This document shows, piece by piece, positions 28,899 to 41,664 of a stretch of 64,000 bases of DNA; within the stretch, counting starts at the first letter, position 1; each line of letters starts with the position of its first letter. The notes under the pieces were generated by a model. It did no database searches. It was given only the letters and a program-made list of their open reading frames with translations, and was not told the origin of the DNA. Position numbers and translations under genes: made by a program. Source of the stretch: Lama guanicoe (lineage: Eukaryota); NCBI GenBank assembly GCA_013239625.1, contig MU054391.1, positions 6,531,824-6,595,823 of the forward strand, written 5' to 3'.

Positions 28899-29315
28899 TG
28901 CATTAATTTCTCCCGGCAGCCGTAACAGTGTATCACAAACTGGGTGGTTTAAAACAACAGAAATTTATTCTCTCATAGTTCTGGAGGCTGGAAGCCCCAA
29001 ATCAAGGTGTCAGCAGGGCCCCGGCTCCCAGTGAAACCCACCGGGGCCGGTCCTTCCCGCCTCCTCGGGCTTCTGGTGACGCGGCCATCCTTGGCGTTCT
29101 CTGCTCTGCAGCTGCAACCCTCCAGCCGCGGCCTCGCTGTGACTGTCATCGCTAGCCCGTCTTCTCCCTGCGAGTGTCCCTCTCCTCTTCTTGTAAGGAC
29201 ACCTGTCACACTGGACTAAGAACCTACCCTACTTCTTAACTAATTACACTGATAAAAAGCCTGTTTCCAAATAAGGTCACATTCTGACTTCAACATATCT
29301 TTTGGGGACACACAA
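28899..29315 (-). mobile_element. MLT1C/D-like LTR lacking its outermost bases at the right end
   Basis: cacaaactgggtggtttaaaacaacagaaatttattctctcatagttctggaggctgg...ttccaaataaggtcacattctga. Confidence 0.85.
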
Positions 29316-29813
29316 GTGGAAGAAGCCCCTCTGGGGTCAGCCAGCCTGGACCCCAGTCCGGCTCCAGCCCACGTCCACGGGGGTATCCTGGGGCCCAGGA
29401 CAGGCCTGGAGAACCTTCCAATCCGTGACACTTTGTTCAGCCCAGAATTTCCCACAGAACTGTTTTATTTTCCCTCAGAACTCTTTTGAAAATGCCCCTT
29501 AAGTTTCCCGCAGAGCTGGAGGAGAGAGGAACTCACTTTGGGAGACACAGCTGGGGGTGAACAAGATGGGCCCCCCCCCAGGGGTGAGGGGGCCTGGGCA
29601 GGGGAGCCTCCTGGGGCCTAGAGGGGAGTTCTGCTCCCCCTGGGGCCCCAGGGGGAAAGGGAAGGTCCACAGGGCAGGGACGCGGGAGTCAGCTTATCTG
29701 CAAGAGAAGGTTCCAGGCTGCCCTGCTCTCCTGGGCCCCAGGACACCACGGTGGATGTGGGCTGCAGCTGGATTGGGGTCCAGGTCGCCTGTCCCCAGAG
29801 GGGCTGTTTCCAC
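29316..29813. repeat. Inverted repeat with 85-bp core arms (29316-29400 / 29729-29813)
   Basis: By-eye alignment gives 72/85 identical without gaps; weaker extension to 29418/29706. Confidence 0.9.
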
Positions 29814-30559
29814 CTCACAACCGGTCAGAGCCAAGAAGGAACAGACGCACAGCATCTGGTGTGTCCCCGCTCCTGTCACCTGGGCCAACGCCACCTGGCA
29901 GGCGCCGAGCAGAGACGTGGGCGGCGTGGTCACATCACTGAGCTGGTCTGTGGAAAGCACTCAGAATAGCCTGCAGGTCTGTAAACAGGTTTTCTTCCTG
30001 CTCATGGATTTTCCCCTCAGCTAGGCTGCCACCCATCATTCCTGCCTGACATTTTTCTCTTTGTCATCTCTGGGGAGAAGATTAAGGAAAATTTACAATT
30101 TTTCCCTATGGTAAAAAGACGTGGATCCAAGTTCAGGGTTTGCCACCGACCTGCCATGTGACCTTTAGCAAAGTCTTTAACTTCATCTTTGCATTTATGA
30201 CGTGCAGAGAGTAATAACAGTGGTGGCGCCTACCTCCCCTGCCACGGCGAGGGACATGGGTGAGAAGCAAGAATTAATACTCACCACCACTTTCCTCAGC
30301 TCGATTCTGTGCAGGGACTATTACAGGAGCAGCGACTCTGAACGTTCCCTGTCAGGTGCCACATACACAACGTACCATGTGAGTGTGATATATGTCTTTA
30401 TTTATAGCTCTCTCTATGCAAAAATATGGTATTTAGTCATGTATTAATCAGAAGAAATTTGCATAAATGATGCTTCTTTTCTCCCTTTTAATGGTACATT
30501 TCTGCTTAAAAAGAGAGAACATTATCTGAATGTGTAATCGTGATAAAAATTTTAAGTCA

Positions 30560-32650
30560 AGTTTGTTCTACAATGTAATTGATGTATCATAAAATTCAGG
30601 TTTACAGTTCTGTGATATTTGCCAAATGTGCATAGTTGGGTAAATATCATCATGATCCAGACAATATTTGCTTCATTCCCCAAAGTTTCCTCTTTTTCCT
30701 CTTGTCCCTTTTGAAGTCAGTCACCCCTCCCACCCTCAGCCCCTGGCAGCCTCTGGATTTCTTAGAGTTTTGCCCTTTTCTGAACGGCTTTTAAATGAAG
30801 TCATATAGTAGCTTTTTGCACTGGGCTTCTTTCTCTTAGCATAATGCTTTGAAAGAATCATTCATGCCATTGGGTGTGTCAGTAGTTCATTCTTTTTTAT
30901 TGCTGAGTCTTGGCTTGAACCTAAGACTATTTATCAATTCACCCGTTAAAGAACACCTGGGTTATTTCCAGTTTGGAGCTCTTACCAATACAGCTTCTAT
31001 GAACATTCAGGTACAACTCCTTCTACCAACATGTGCTTATATTTCTCTTAGGTAAGTACTTAGATGTGGATCATATGGTGGGGGTGTGTTGAACTTTTTG
31101 AGAAACTCCCAAACTGTGCATGAGAGTTTTAATTGGTCTGTATCTTTTTGAGTACTTAATATTGTCTATCTATCTATCTATCTGTTGATTTTAGCCTTTC
31201 TTATAGAGCATGGTGGTATCTCGTGGGGTTAATTGGTATTTCATAATGACTAATGACGTTGAACATCTTTTCACGTGCTATTTACCATCCATATGTCTTC
31301 TTCACTTAAGCGTTCAGATATTTTGCCTGATTTTAAAATGGGCTTGTTTTGGTGAATTTTGAGATTTTAGAAATATTTTGAATTTTTTTATCATACCATA
31401 TCATATTTTCCCCAGTTGATGGTTTGCTTTTTCACTTTTAAAGTGTCTTTCAAAGAGCTGTTTAATTTTTTTCCTGTTTTGATTACTACCGCTTTTTGTG
31501 TCTTATCTAAAAAAACCTTGCCTAATTCTCAGGTCTAAAAGGTTTTCTTTTATCTTTTCTTCTCAGAGTTTTACAGTTTGGGGTTTTGCACTTAAGTCTA
31601 TGATGTATTTTGAGTTAAGTTTTGTATCCAGTGTGAGGGATGGTTGAGGTTCTCATTTTTGTGTGTGTATGGATATCCAATTGTTTGTGTACCATTTGTT
31701 GAAAAGACTAATCTTTCTCCACAAATTACCTCTTCACTTCAGTAAAACATCAATGGACCATCCGTGTGTATTTCTCCTGGATTCTTTGTTTTGTTCCATT
31801 GATCCACATGCCTTTTCTTTCATTGATACCGCATTGTCTTGACTCCTGTGACTTTATATTGTCCTAAAATCCAATAGTGTGATTCCTCCTACTTTATTCT
31901 TCTTTCTCAATATTGTTAGACTATTTTGTTTTACTTTATTTTATTTTTTGCATTTCCAAACAAGTTGTTGGTTGATTTCTACAGCAAGAGCCTTCTGGGA
32001 TTTGTATTAGCATCACTCAGAATCTACATAGATAGATCAATTTTAGGAGAACTGACTTATTAACAGTACTGAAGCTTCTGATCCATAAACATGGTATATC
32101 TCCCCACTTATTCAGGTTCTCCTTGATTTCACTTATCAGTGTTTTGTGGTTTTCAGCATATAGAAAACTACATATTTTAAAAGTTTTATCACTAAGTATT
32201 TCATGCTTCTGATACTATTCTAAATACTTATATTTATGCTATATATGCATATATATTCTTATTTCCAATCGTTTGTTGCTTGTATGTAGAAATACAGCTG
32301 ACTTTTTGTATATTGAGCTTGTTTCCTGTGGTCTTGCTAAGCTGGTAGCTTTTGTTGTTGATTATTTAGTTTTCTACGTAGACAGTCCTGTCATCTGTGA
32401 ATAACGGCAGTTTACTTTCTTCCTATTTGTACGACTTTTTCCTCCCCATCCTCCTCCTTCTCCTCCTCCTTCCTCATTGCACTGGCTCGGATCTCACTGT
32501 ATATGAGTAGTGGCAGTGGACATCCTCACCTTGTTTTCAATCCTTGGGAGAAAGCATTCAGCCCTTTACCATTAAGTAAAGTACCATTAAGTATGCAGGC
32601 TTTTCATAGATGCCCTGTATCAATTCCAGGTTTGCTGATTTATTTATTTA
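30560..32650 (-). mobile_element. Old L1M (3'UTR plus ORF2 remnant)
   Basis: accatttgttgaaaagacta, ggatatccaattgttt, agtggacatcctcaccttgtt: antisense L1 ORF2 hallmarks. Confidence 0.8.
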
Positions 32651-32679
32651 CTTTCATAGACCCTATTTTTTTTAAAGAC

Positions 32680-33650
32680 TTTATGTTTTAGAGCATTTTA
32701 GGTTTATAGCTAAATTCAGAGGAAGGTACAGAGAGTTCCCCCATACTCCCTGCCTCCACACATGCATAGCCTCTCCCATTGTCAACATCACTCAGCAGAA
32801 TGGTACACTTTTTAATTTTTTTTGCCAAGGAAAACCTACATAGACACACTGTAATCACCCAAAGTTCATAGTTTACCTAGGATTCACTCTTGGTACACAT
32901 TCTGTTGTCTGGATAAATGTGTAATGACATATATCCTTCACTATAATATCACACAGAGTATTTTCAATTCCCTGAAAACCCTCCGTGCTCTGCCTGTTCA
33001 TCTCTCCCATCCCCCCACCCCCTGCAACCGCTGGTCTTTTAACTGTCTCCACTGTTGTTTTTTTTTTTCCAGAATGTCATAAATTGGAATCATACTGTAT
33101 GTAGTTTTTTCAGATGAACTTTTTAAATTTACTAATATGCATTTAAGTTTCCTCCGTGTCTTTTTATGGCTTGATAGCTCTTTTTTTTGGTGCTGAATAA
33201 TACTCCATTGTCTGGATGCACCGCAGTTGATTTATCCATTCACCCACTGAAGGACAGCTGGGTTGTTCCCCAGTTTCGGCAGTTATGACTAGGGCTGCTG
33301 TAAATGTCCATGTGCAGGTTTATATGTTTGTTTTCAACCCTTTTGAGTAAGTACCAAGGAGCACAATTGTTGGATCATGGGGCAGGAGTATGTTTAGTTT
33401 GTAAGAAACCACCAAACAGTCTTTCAAAGCGTCTGTACCACTTTGCATTCCCAGCAACAATGAATAAGAATTCCGGCTACACCACATCCTTGCCAGCACT
33501 TGGTGTTACCGGTGCTTTGGATTTTGGCCGTTCTGATAGGTATGAAGTGGCGTCTCACTGCAGTTCTGATTTGCAATTCCCTAATGATGTGTGATGTTGA
33601 GAATCTTCTCACGTGCTTTGCTGTCTTTGTATCTTCCTTGGTGAGGTGTC
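32680..33650 (-). mobile_element. L1MB/L1MC-type LINE-1 3' end
   Basis: Same family as 9325; minus-strand translation HIIRELQIRTAVRRHFIPIRTAKIQ..KCWQGCG resembles the L1 ORF2 C-terminus. Confidence 0.85.
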
Positions 33651-34059
33651 TGCCCACAGGATTCCACAGACCCCAGCATTGCTTGGGAGATGCCTTTGAG
33701 AGGTCGCTGGTGCCCAGCAGCCTCGATGGGAGGGTCATAAACCAGAAGAGGCTTGGGGGTGGGGCGATGAGGAGGAGGTGGCGATGTAGCATGTGGCCTG
33801 CCTACAGGAGGAGCCCGTGGATGCCAGGCCATGATGTGTGAGGACCTGGCAGCATGGCTGGAGAATGGGGAGGACAAGTGCCCGCCTTGTCTTCCTGGAC
33901 TTGAGCTGCCCCTGCACACGGATGTCCTTCTAGGGAGGAAGAGGGGAAGGCAGAGCCTGAATTTGAGCACACATGCCAAAGAATCAAAGTTTGAAATGGA
34001 AGTGACTGAGTGGGGTTCAAGTTGAATTCCCACTGCCTTCCCATCATCAACAGGAGAGC

Positions 34060-34430
34060 AGATCAAGGTGTTGACAGGGCCATGCTGTCTCTGAAGGTGG
34101 TGGCGATGGATGTGTTGCACGCCTCTCTCCCAGCTTCCAGTAGCCTTGGGTATTCTTTGGCCTGTAGAGACATCACTCCAACCTCCATCCTCATAGCGGT
34201 CTCCCTGTGTCTCTTCACACTGTCTTCCTTCTGTGTGCATCTGTCTCTGTCCAAATTTCCCCTTATGAAAAGGACACTGATCATTTTGGATTAGGGCCCA
34301 CCCTAATGACCTCATTTTAACTTGGTTACATCTGCAAAGACCTATTTCTAAATAAGGTTACATTCTAAGGTCCTGGGAGTTAGAACTTTAGGGCATCTTA
34401 TTTGGAAGACACAACTGCATCCATAGAACA
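34060..34430 (-). mobile_element. MLT1C/D-like LTR (partial)
   Basis: ggattagggcccaccctaatgacctcattttaacttggttacatctgcaaagacctatttc. Confidence 0.8.
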
Positions 34431-34698
34431 TCTTACAGAGTTAGGGCTCCCAGGAATCTCTTTGGGAAATCCTGCCCTAAACATTAAACTGCAGGATTCT
34501 AACCACATTTTTGCCACAAAACATGTGGCCATCAAAAGAGGTGGCTGGGGACAGTACAGGGAGCACTGGCCTTGGGGAGGTGTGGCAAACCCAGGCCCAA
34601 ATCCTGGCTTTACCAGGGAGTGGCTGTGTGACCTCAGCAAGTCATGTCACGTTTTTGGACCTATTTTTATTATTTGTAAAACTAGAGTAACTATCATC

Positions 34699-35067
34699 TG
34701 CCTTAGGTCAGCTTGGACTGCCAAAACAAAATACCGTAGACTGGGTGGCTTAACACAACAGAAATTTGTTTTCTCACAGACGGAGGCTGGAAGTCCAAGG
34801 TGAAGGTGCTGCTGGTTTGGTTCCTGCTGAGAGCTCCCTTCCTGGCTTGCAGACAGTCTCCTCGTATGTCCTCACATGGCAGAGAGTGTGAGCCCCCTGG
34901 TGCCTCTCTTATAAGGACACTAACCTTGTTGGATCAGGGCCCCACCCTTATGACTTCATTTAATCTTAGTTACTTCCTCAAAAACCCCATCTCCAAATAC
35001 AGCCACACTGGGAATCAGGGCTTCAAAACATAATTTTGGGGGGGATACAAACATTCAGTCCACAACA
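34699..35067 (-). mobile_element. MLT1A-like solo LTR inserted in a MIR
   Basis: MLT1A motifs; MIR halves at ~34590-34698 and ~35068-35150. Confidence 0.85.
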
Positions 35068-35938
35068 CCCTCTCCTCCAGCATTGTTAGGAGGATTAAGT
35101 TAGATACCACATATAATTGTTAGCGTGAGGCCTTGAGGACACTAAATGCCCACAGAAGACCCCTGCCTTCCCTGATTGTCTATATGGTAGAAGTTTATTG
35201 CTCTCTCATGTGTTTGGATCTTTATTGCAGGTGAACCTATATCCTGAAAAACACATGAGGATTGCTGAGAAGGGAACGCTGCAACACAGCCACCAGAAGA
35301 TGCCGAGCTGCTGCTGACTTGAGAGAAGCTGGAAGGACCTTATTTAATGGAACCCGTACTGATGTCCACTGTGCATCTGGGTGCCGGGTATACGAGGCTG
35401 AGAAGCCAGAAGGAGCACGGAAGCGGAATGGTTTGGGCAGGAGCAGGCCAGCAGCTTCCTTTACAGAATAGAAGAGTGACATGCATAGGTAAAGGGAAGG
35501 GGTCTCTCTCGCCCCCGTCAGGACCTGTTCTATCCCCGTCTCCACATTCCGTCCTGTAGGCTGACAGGACGGAGGTTGGGAACTAACATTTATTGAACAC
35601 CCACCGTGTGCTCAGAGATGTCACACCCAGGATTGTTTTCAGTTTCATTTACTTGACTTGGAAACTTCCCACTGAGAAATCTGAGGCTCAGGAAGACAAA
35701 GCTAGTAAGTGGCAGAGCTGGGCTTCGAACCTGGGTCTGTCTGACTTCATTGAGCTTTGGAGCCAGTGGTCCAGCCAAAAGTTTTCAAGAGACTGCTCTT
35801 TGGGTGTCACACTAGCATGTCCTTATGTGTGTATGTGTGAGGTCAGTGAAGGCAGGAGCCTCTTCAGATTCATTTCTAGCTCCTCCTGAACAGCATCCAG
35901 CGTAGCAGTGGGAGCGAGGTGAGAGGGGCTTGAGAAAC

Positions 35939-36415
35939 TGTAATAGGGAAGCACAAATCTGATTCCACATTGGGTGTTTCTTTTACTTTAACATTTGTAT
36001 TCTATTGCTTTTCCTACAAGATAATCACTAAAGGGATGTTGCCTATAAGCTTAAATTATGCATAATGGCCCATCTCTGGGAACCTGCCTCCCAGGTAATG
36101 AGCCTTAAGCTAAAATATCTTTGTTTAGCTCATAGGCAACATCCTGACCAGGCCCACCTGTGAATGACTGCAAGAAGGAAGAAATTAACACCTCCCCTCT
36201 GGAGGCTGACCGGAACAGGAAATGTTTGACTTTACTCCCTCTCCTTTTAGTATAAAAGAAGCCTGAATTCTAACTCAGGTAATATGGCCCTTTGGGACGC
36301 TAGTCCACCATCTTCTCAGTCTGCTGGCTTTCTGAATACAGTCGCTATTCGTTGCCCCAACAACTCGTCCCTTGATTAATGGGCCTGTTGTGTGATGAGC
36401 TTGGACTCAGTAGCA
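35939..36415 (+). mobile_element. ERV1 solo LTR, MER41-like
   Basis: TGTAAT...TAGCA termini; 4-bp TSD aaac/aaat; TATAAAA near 36251; degenerate polyA signal aataca; 3' end gagcttggactcagtagca resembles MER41 as recalled. Confidence 0.7.
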
Positions 36416-37327
36416 AAATGTTTGTTGGAGCCATGACGGATAGGCGATGGATGGATACAGTGTTCAGCATCCTCGCTGTGAGAGCCCAGGAGTCCCCAGA
36501 CACAGGCTGGGACAGCGCTCCAAGTGCACACTCCTCTCTCCTCTTTATGTGTGCAAGGTAAGTAAGGAGAAAGGGTGGCTTTCTTGGTATTCCTTGAGTC
36601 CCTGATCAGAGCCAGCCCCGTCCCAGCTTCTCAGCCTTGAGTCCACTCTCACCAGTATCTGGCCCCACTGGCTTTCTCATGCCTGCTGCAGCAGGAAAAG
36701 GTACAACACTTCTGGTCTGAAAAGTCACAGAAACCCCTTCAGAAACCGACACAAATGTGTAAGAGGGAGGCGCACTTCTTAGCCTTCATCCTCCTTACAG
36801 AGATTTGAGTGTTTCGCTGCACTCATTTAAAAGTCAATTTACCCCAGGAGGTGGGGAATAGCGTGCTCTAGAGCTCAAATGGTGTGATTTTTGCAAAAGT
36901 CAGACACTGGGTAAATCAACACGGCTCCCATTTGAAAACCATCAAAATCAAGGTCTATTTGTTTAAGCTGCTTCTTTGGCATAGACAGTCTGCCAAGACT
37001 ACAGATGAAACGATTGTTCCTGCTGATGGCTTTGAGAGGCCAATCTTCCTTCTCTCTGCTGAGAATCCCAATAGCTTAACCCCTCCATCCTCTTCTGTTC
37101 TGCCATCTTTGCCCCGAGCATTTCTTGGAGCTGTCGTGAGCACCCATTGGGTCAGGGGGAGATAGCTTTACTAAAGATTGAGCTACCTCTGTCTGAAGGA
37201 TTCTCTCTTCCATGAACTCTTGCTTTGCACATAAGTTTTTCACATATTTACACACATCTTTCCTGCTTGAGGGCAGGGGTCATTTTCTATGAGGCCTCTG
37301 TCTCACACATACTGTTAAATATATCTC

Positions 37328-37369
37328 TGTGTGCATGTACGTGTGTGCATGTACGTGTGTGCATGTACG
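37328..37369. repeat. Perfect 3x14-bp tandem repeat (TGTGTGCATGTACG)
   Basis: Read directly; strict purine/pyrimidine alternation. Confidence 0.95.
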
Positions 37370-38412
37370 GATAGACAAACGTGCGCTATGATGGGGTTGG
37401 GAGAGTTAAAAGCCAGCTCCATGGAGCCAGTTGGCAGATAGCTTTTCAGCCCAGCTGCTGGGGAGGTGGAGGGGGTGGCTGATAACCAGACCAAGTCAGC
37501 AATTATCATTTAAAGGACTTTATGTATTGGGGAGAGCTTTTAGGGAAATAGCCCAGATGTCTTTTTCTTCTAAACCCTACTCAATATTCTCGCCATGGCT
37601 GCCCAGAGAAATAGAGGTGCCCATTTGCTTGGGAGATTAGTTGTTCCTTCAGACATTTATTCAAGGGCAGAAAAAGAAAGGGCCAGTGGGGACAAGAAAA
37701 ATTAGCCAACGGAAGACAAGTGAGGACAAAGATGCTAAGAACCCTTTTTCCATCATTTTTCAGCGTGGAACCTTGGGATGTTGCCTGTGGATCTTCCTGA
37801 GATGAAAAAGTAGATTTGCAGTTAACACAGAAAACAGAAGGAAGAAAGAGGAAAATGACGTGGTATATCCTAGCTACCACGGAGGAGAGATTAGCTGTGA
37901 ACAGGGGAAGCCGATTTTGTATCCTGCATTTATGGCTCGGGAAACTCTGTTCATTCTGCCGTGAGGTTCAGCGTTTCTACCTCTTTGGTTGTCTTTGTGG
38001 TACACACTCGGTGAAAAGAACCTCAGGTATTGCTCGTGACATGGATTCCACTGATGTTCTCAGGACTGAGGTTTTTTGAGGCTGTGCCACCCACTCCTGG
38101 TGTACAGGCTGCACCCTCATAATTTGGATTTCCCAGAATTAGGCTCATTTACATATTCATGCCCAACCATATGCCCCCAGTTCTTTATTCAAGGCATATG
38201 GCTGCCTTAGAATGGCACCCCAGGTTCTCACCCCAGGCACTGCCCTCTTCTCTGACTGCACCAGCCTCTGTCTGTACCTCTAAGCCCTTGCATTTCTGGA
38301 TGAAAAGTGATCCCTTCCCCCAGCTGCTTGTTAATTGCTCACTCCTCCTTTCAGACTCCATGTCACCCTTCTGAACTTGTTTCTTATCTGCAAAACTAGA
38401 CTGAGTATCATC

Positions 38413-39892
38413 TGTCTTAGTCTGGGCTGTCCTAACAAAATACTTGGGGGCTTAAACAATAGAAATTTATATTTTCACAGGTCTGGAGGCTGGAAAGTCC
38501 AAGATCAAGGTTCTGGATGATTGGGTTTCTGGTGAGGGCCCTTTTCCTGGCTTGCAGACAGCCACTTCTCTTTCTGTCTTCACCTAGATTTTCTTCTGTG
38601 CTCACTCAAGGAGACAGAGGAGGAGGAGGGAGAGACAGAGAGAGACAAGGAGAGAGAGAATGAATAGTGCTTCTCTTGGGTGTCTCTTTTCATAAGGATG
38701 CTAATCCTATTGGATCGTGGAACCACTTTTTTTTGTTGTTGAAGTATAGTCAGTTACAATGCATCAATTTCTGGGATACAGCATAATTTCCCAATCGTGT
38801 GTGTGTATATATATATATATATATTCGTTTTCATATTTTCATTAAAGGTTATTACAAGATACTGAATATAGTTCCCTGTGCTATACAGAAGAAATTTGGT
38901 TTTTATCTATTTTTATATCTAGTAGTTAATATTTGCAAATCTCAAACTCCCAAACGTATCCCTTCCCACCCCCTTTCCCCTGGTAACCGTAAGATTGTTT
39001 ACTGTGTCTGCCAGTCTGTTTCTGTTTTGTAGATGATTTCATTAGTGTCTTTTTTCTTTTTCTAGAGTCCACATATGAGTGATATCATATGGTATTTTTC
39101 TTTCTCTTTCTGGCTTTACTTAGAATGATGATCTCCAGGTCCATCCATGTTGCTGCAAATGGCATTATTGTATTCTTTTTATGGCTGAGTAGTATTCCAT
39201 TGTATAATTATACCACTTCTTTATCCAGTCCTCTGCTGATGGACATTTTGGTTGCATCCATGTCTTAGCTATTGTAAATAGTGCTGCTATGAACATTGGG
39301 ATGCTTGTATCTTTTCAAATTAGAGTTCCCTCAGCTATATGCCCAGCAGTGGGATTGCTGGATCATATGGCAAGTCTATTTTTAGTTTCTTGAGGAATCC
39401 CCATAATGTTTTCCATAATGGCTGCACCAAAGTACATTCCCTTTGGCAGTACAGGAGGGCTCCCTTTCTCCACAGCCTCTCCAGCATTTATCGTTTGTGG
39501 ACTTTGGAATGATGCCCATTCTGACTGGTGTGAAGTGATGTCTCATTGTAGTTTTGATTTGCATTTCTCTGATAATTAGTGATACTGAGCATTTTTTCAT
39601 GTTGGCCATTTGTGTACCTTCATTGGAGAATTGCTTGTTTAGGTCTTCTGCCCATTTTTGGATTGGTTTTGTTGTTGTTGTTGTTGTGTTGTTATTGAGT
39701 TGTATGAGCTGTTTATATATTCTGGAAATTAAACCTTGGTCACTCACATCATTTGCAAATATTTTCAGGGACCCCCTCTTAAGGTCTCATTTAACATTAA
39801 TTACTTCCTTACAGGCCCCATCTCCAAATACAGCCATACTGGAGGTTAGGACTTGGACATACAATTTGGGGGAGCAGGTGTGGTCCATAACA
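38413..39892 (-). mobile_element. MLT1A-like LTR split by an L1 insertion
   Basis: LTR halves at 38413-38726 and 39767-39892. Confidence 0.8.
38727..39766 (-). mobile_element. Young 5'-truncated L1 (~1 kb, ORF2 C-terminus plus 3'UTR)
   Basis: ORF 39382-39747 (-) reads [10 protein letters not shown]...KWAEDLN...[22 protein letters not shown]...KCWRGC, the L1 ORF2 C-terminal domain. Confidence 0.92.
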
Positions 39893-41664
39893 CTGGGATT
39901 CATCGTTGGTGTTTCAGAGCCTAGGAGCACCCCAGACTAGAGGTTAGGAAGTAGAGGCCCTATGTGATAGATGGGAAACCGAGTCCCATGGTTAAGTGAC
40001 ACAGCCAGCAAGAGGTACAGCCGATGTGTCCATCTCATCCTTACTCTCCAGGAGCAATACTTGGGGTGGAGACAGCTGACTTGTGGGGACATCAGGAAAG
40101 TTCTTGTCTGGCTGAGAAGGGTTCACCTGAGTCTGGAGAAAGTCAAGGCAGTTGTTAAAAGTCACCCGAGTACAAGTGGGCAATTCCTCAGATGTATTTT
40201 GGAATCAGATTTTTTCAAAATTAAAAAAAAAAAGGGTTATAGAGCCTGTATTCTATCCACTGAACAACATGGCCAGGAGGTCTCAAGGTCAGGGCAGCAC
40301 CCTGTAGTCAAACACATGAGTATTTCCAGGGAGAAATCTAAGTGGGATGAATAAAGACAGCATGTGAAGTCAGCATTAGTACTGCCACCAAAGGAGAATG
40401 CCACAAACCTGGGAAAAGACGTTCAGAATGGCCAGCTGAGGATTGTGCAGGGTGACCATTCGGCAGACCTGACTCTGGAAAGAGAAGGAAAAATGGCACA
40501 TGGAGAGGAGGAAAGCTGGTGAGTCTGGGGGCTCCCTCCTGAAGCCTGTCCTTCCAGGGACACGAGATCTGCTGATCTGCCAAGGGTGGGAGCCCCAGGG
40601 ATGGGGAGCCCCAGCGATGGCTCCCACGTGGCCAGCAAGTGTCTCCAGCAATTTCCCATCCACTGCCTGCTGAGCTGCAAATTGCCACCGCCTCCCATGC
40701 TGAAGGGTGCAGATGTTTCTCTTTGATCAAGAGTGTAATTAACACCTGTCAAAGCAATGGGCTGGGATGGGAAGGGGACTCTGCTTGCATCACAAACACT
40801 GTTTCTCAAGAAGCAATTTGGTGTCTAGGAAGAACATTTCCAACTTGGATGGATTAAAAAGCTATCTTAGAAAATGAAGAGGCAGGTGGTGTTTATCTGG
40901 ACTAATGCCTGTGAGTTTACATGTTTGATTTCAGCAAGGGTGTCGACAGATGCCTGATGAGCTTTGGAGACCGGTTCAATAACGGATGCATAGCCACGCA
41001 TGTTAACGCCAAATCTGGGAAGGACATTTTACTTTGCTCCTCTTGAGTCAAGAGAATCTTCTGTGGGTAAAAGGGGCTATTTGTTACTTTTATCTCCTTA
41101 GCTATTTCGTACAAAGCAAAACAAGGGAATGATTTCCTTAGAGGCTCTGTTTATAATAAATTATTTTTAGGGAGCTCTGCAATCAATTAAATATCCAGCG
41201 GCAAATGAATTGCTGAGAAGGTTGTGGTCTTATAGGACATAGTTGTACATGTCACTGGGGTTTTGTTTCAATTTTGAGAGATGCCAAAGTTGATCATACA
41301 CAGATAGACTGACAAGGCTATAATGATAACAAAAACAAAACGAGTCTTGAGAACTTTCACATTCACGATCTTCAAGGCATCTGACAACATCCTTATGATA
41401 TAGTTTCTGTTCTGTTATGTCCAGTTTATAGACTTACATGTCAACTCAGAGTGGTTGGATGACTTGGACAGAAGAAGGAGAGAAGCCAGTGTTAGAAGCC
41501 TTTCCTAGAAGAGTCCCCCATCCTGGCATTGGGAGGTGAGGGTGGAAATGGTGACACGAGCCTTATAAGGACACCAATTATATTGGATTAGGATCCGGCA
41601 TGACTCATAATTCACCTTAAATTGATTACATATGCAAAGACCCTCTTTCAAAATAAGGTCACAA

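Noticed and set aside
33581..34315. 244-aa minus-strand ORF
   Set aside because: Runs through MLT1 and L1 fragments; chance open frame
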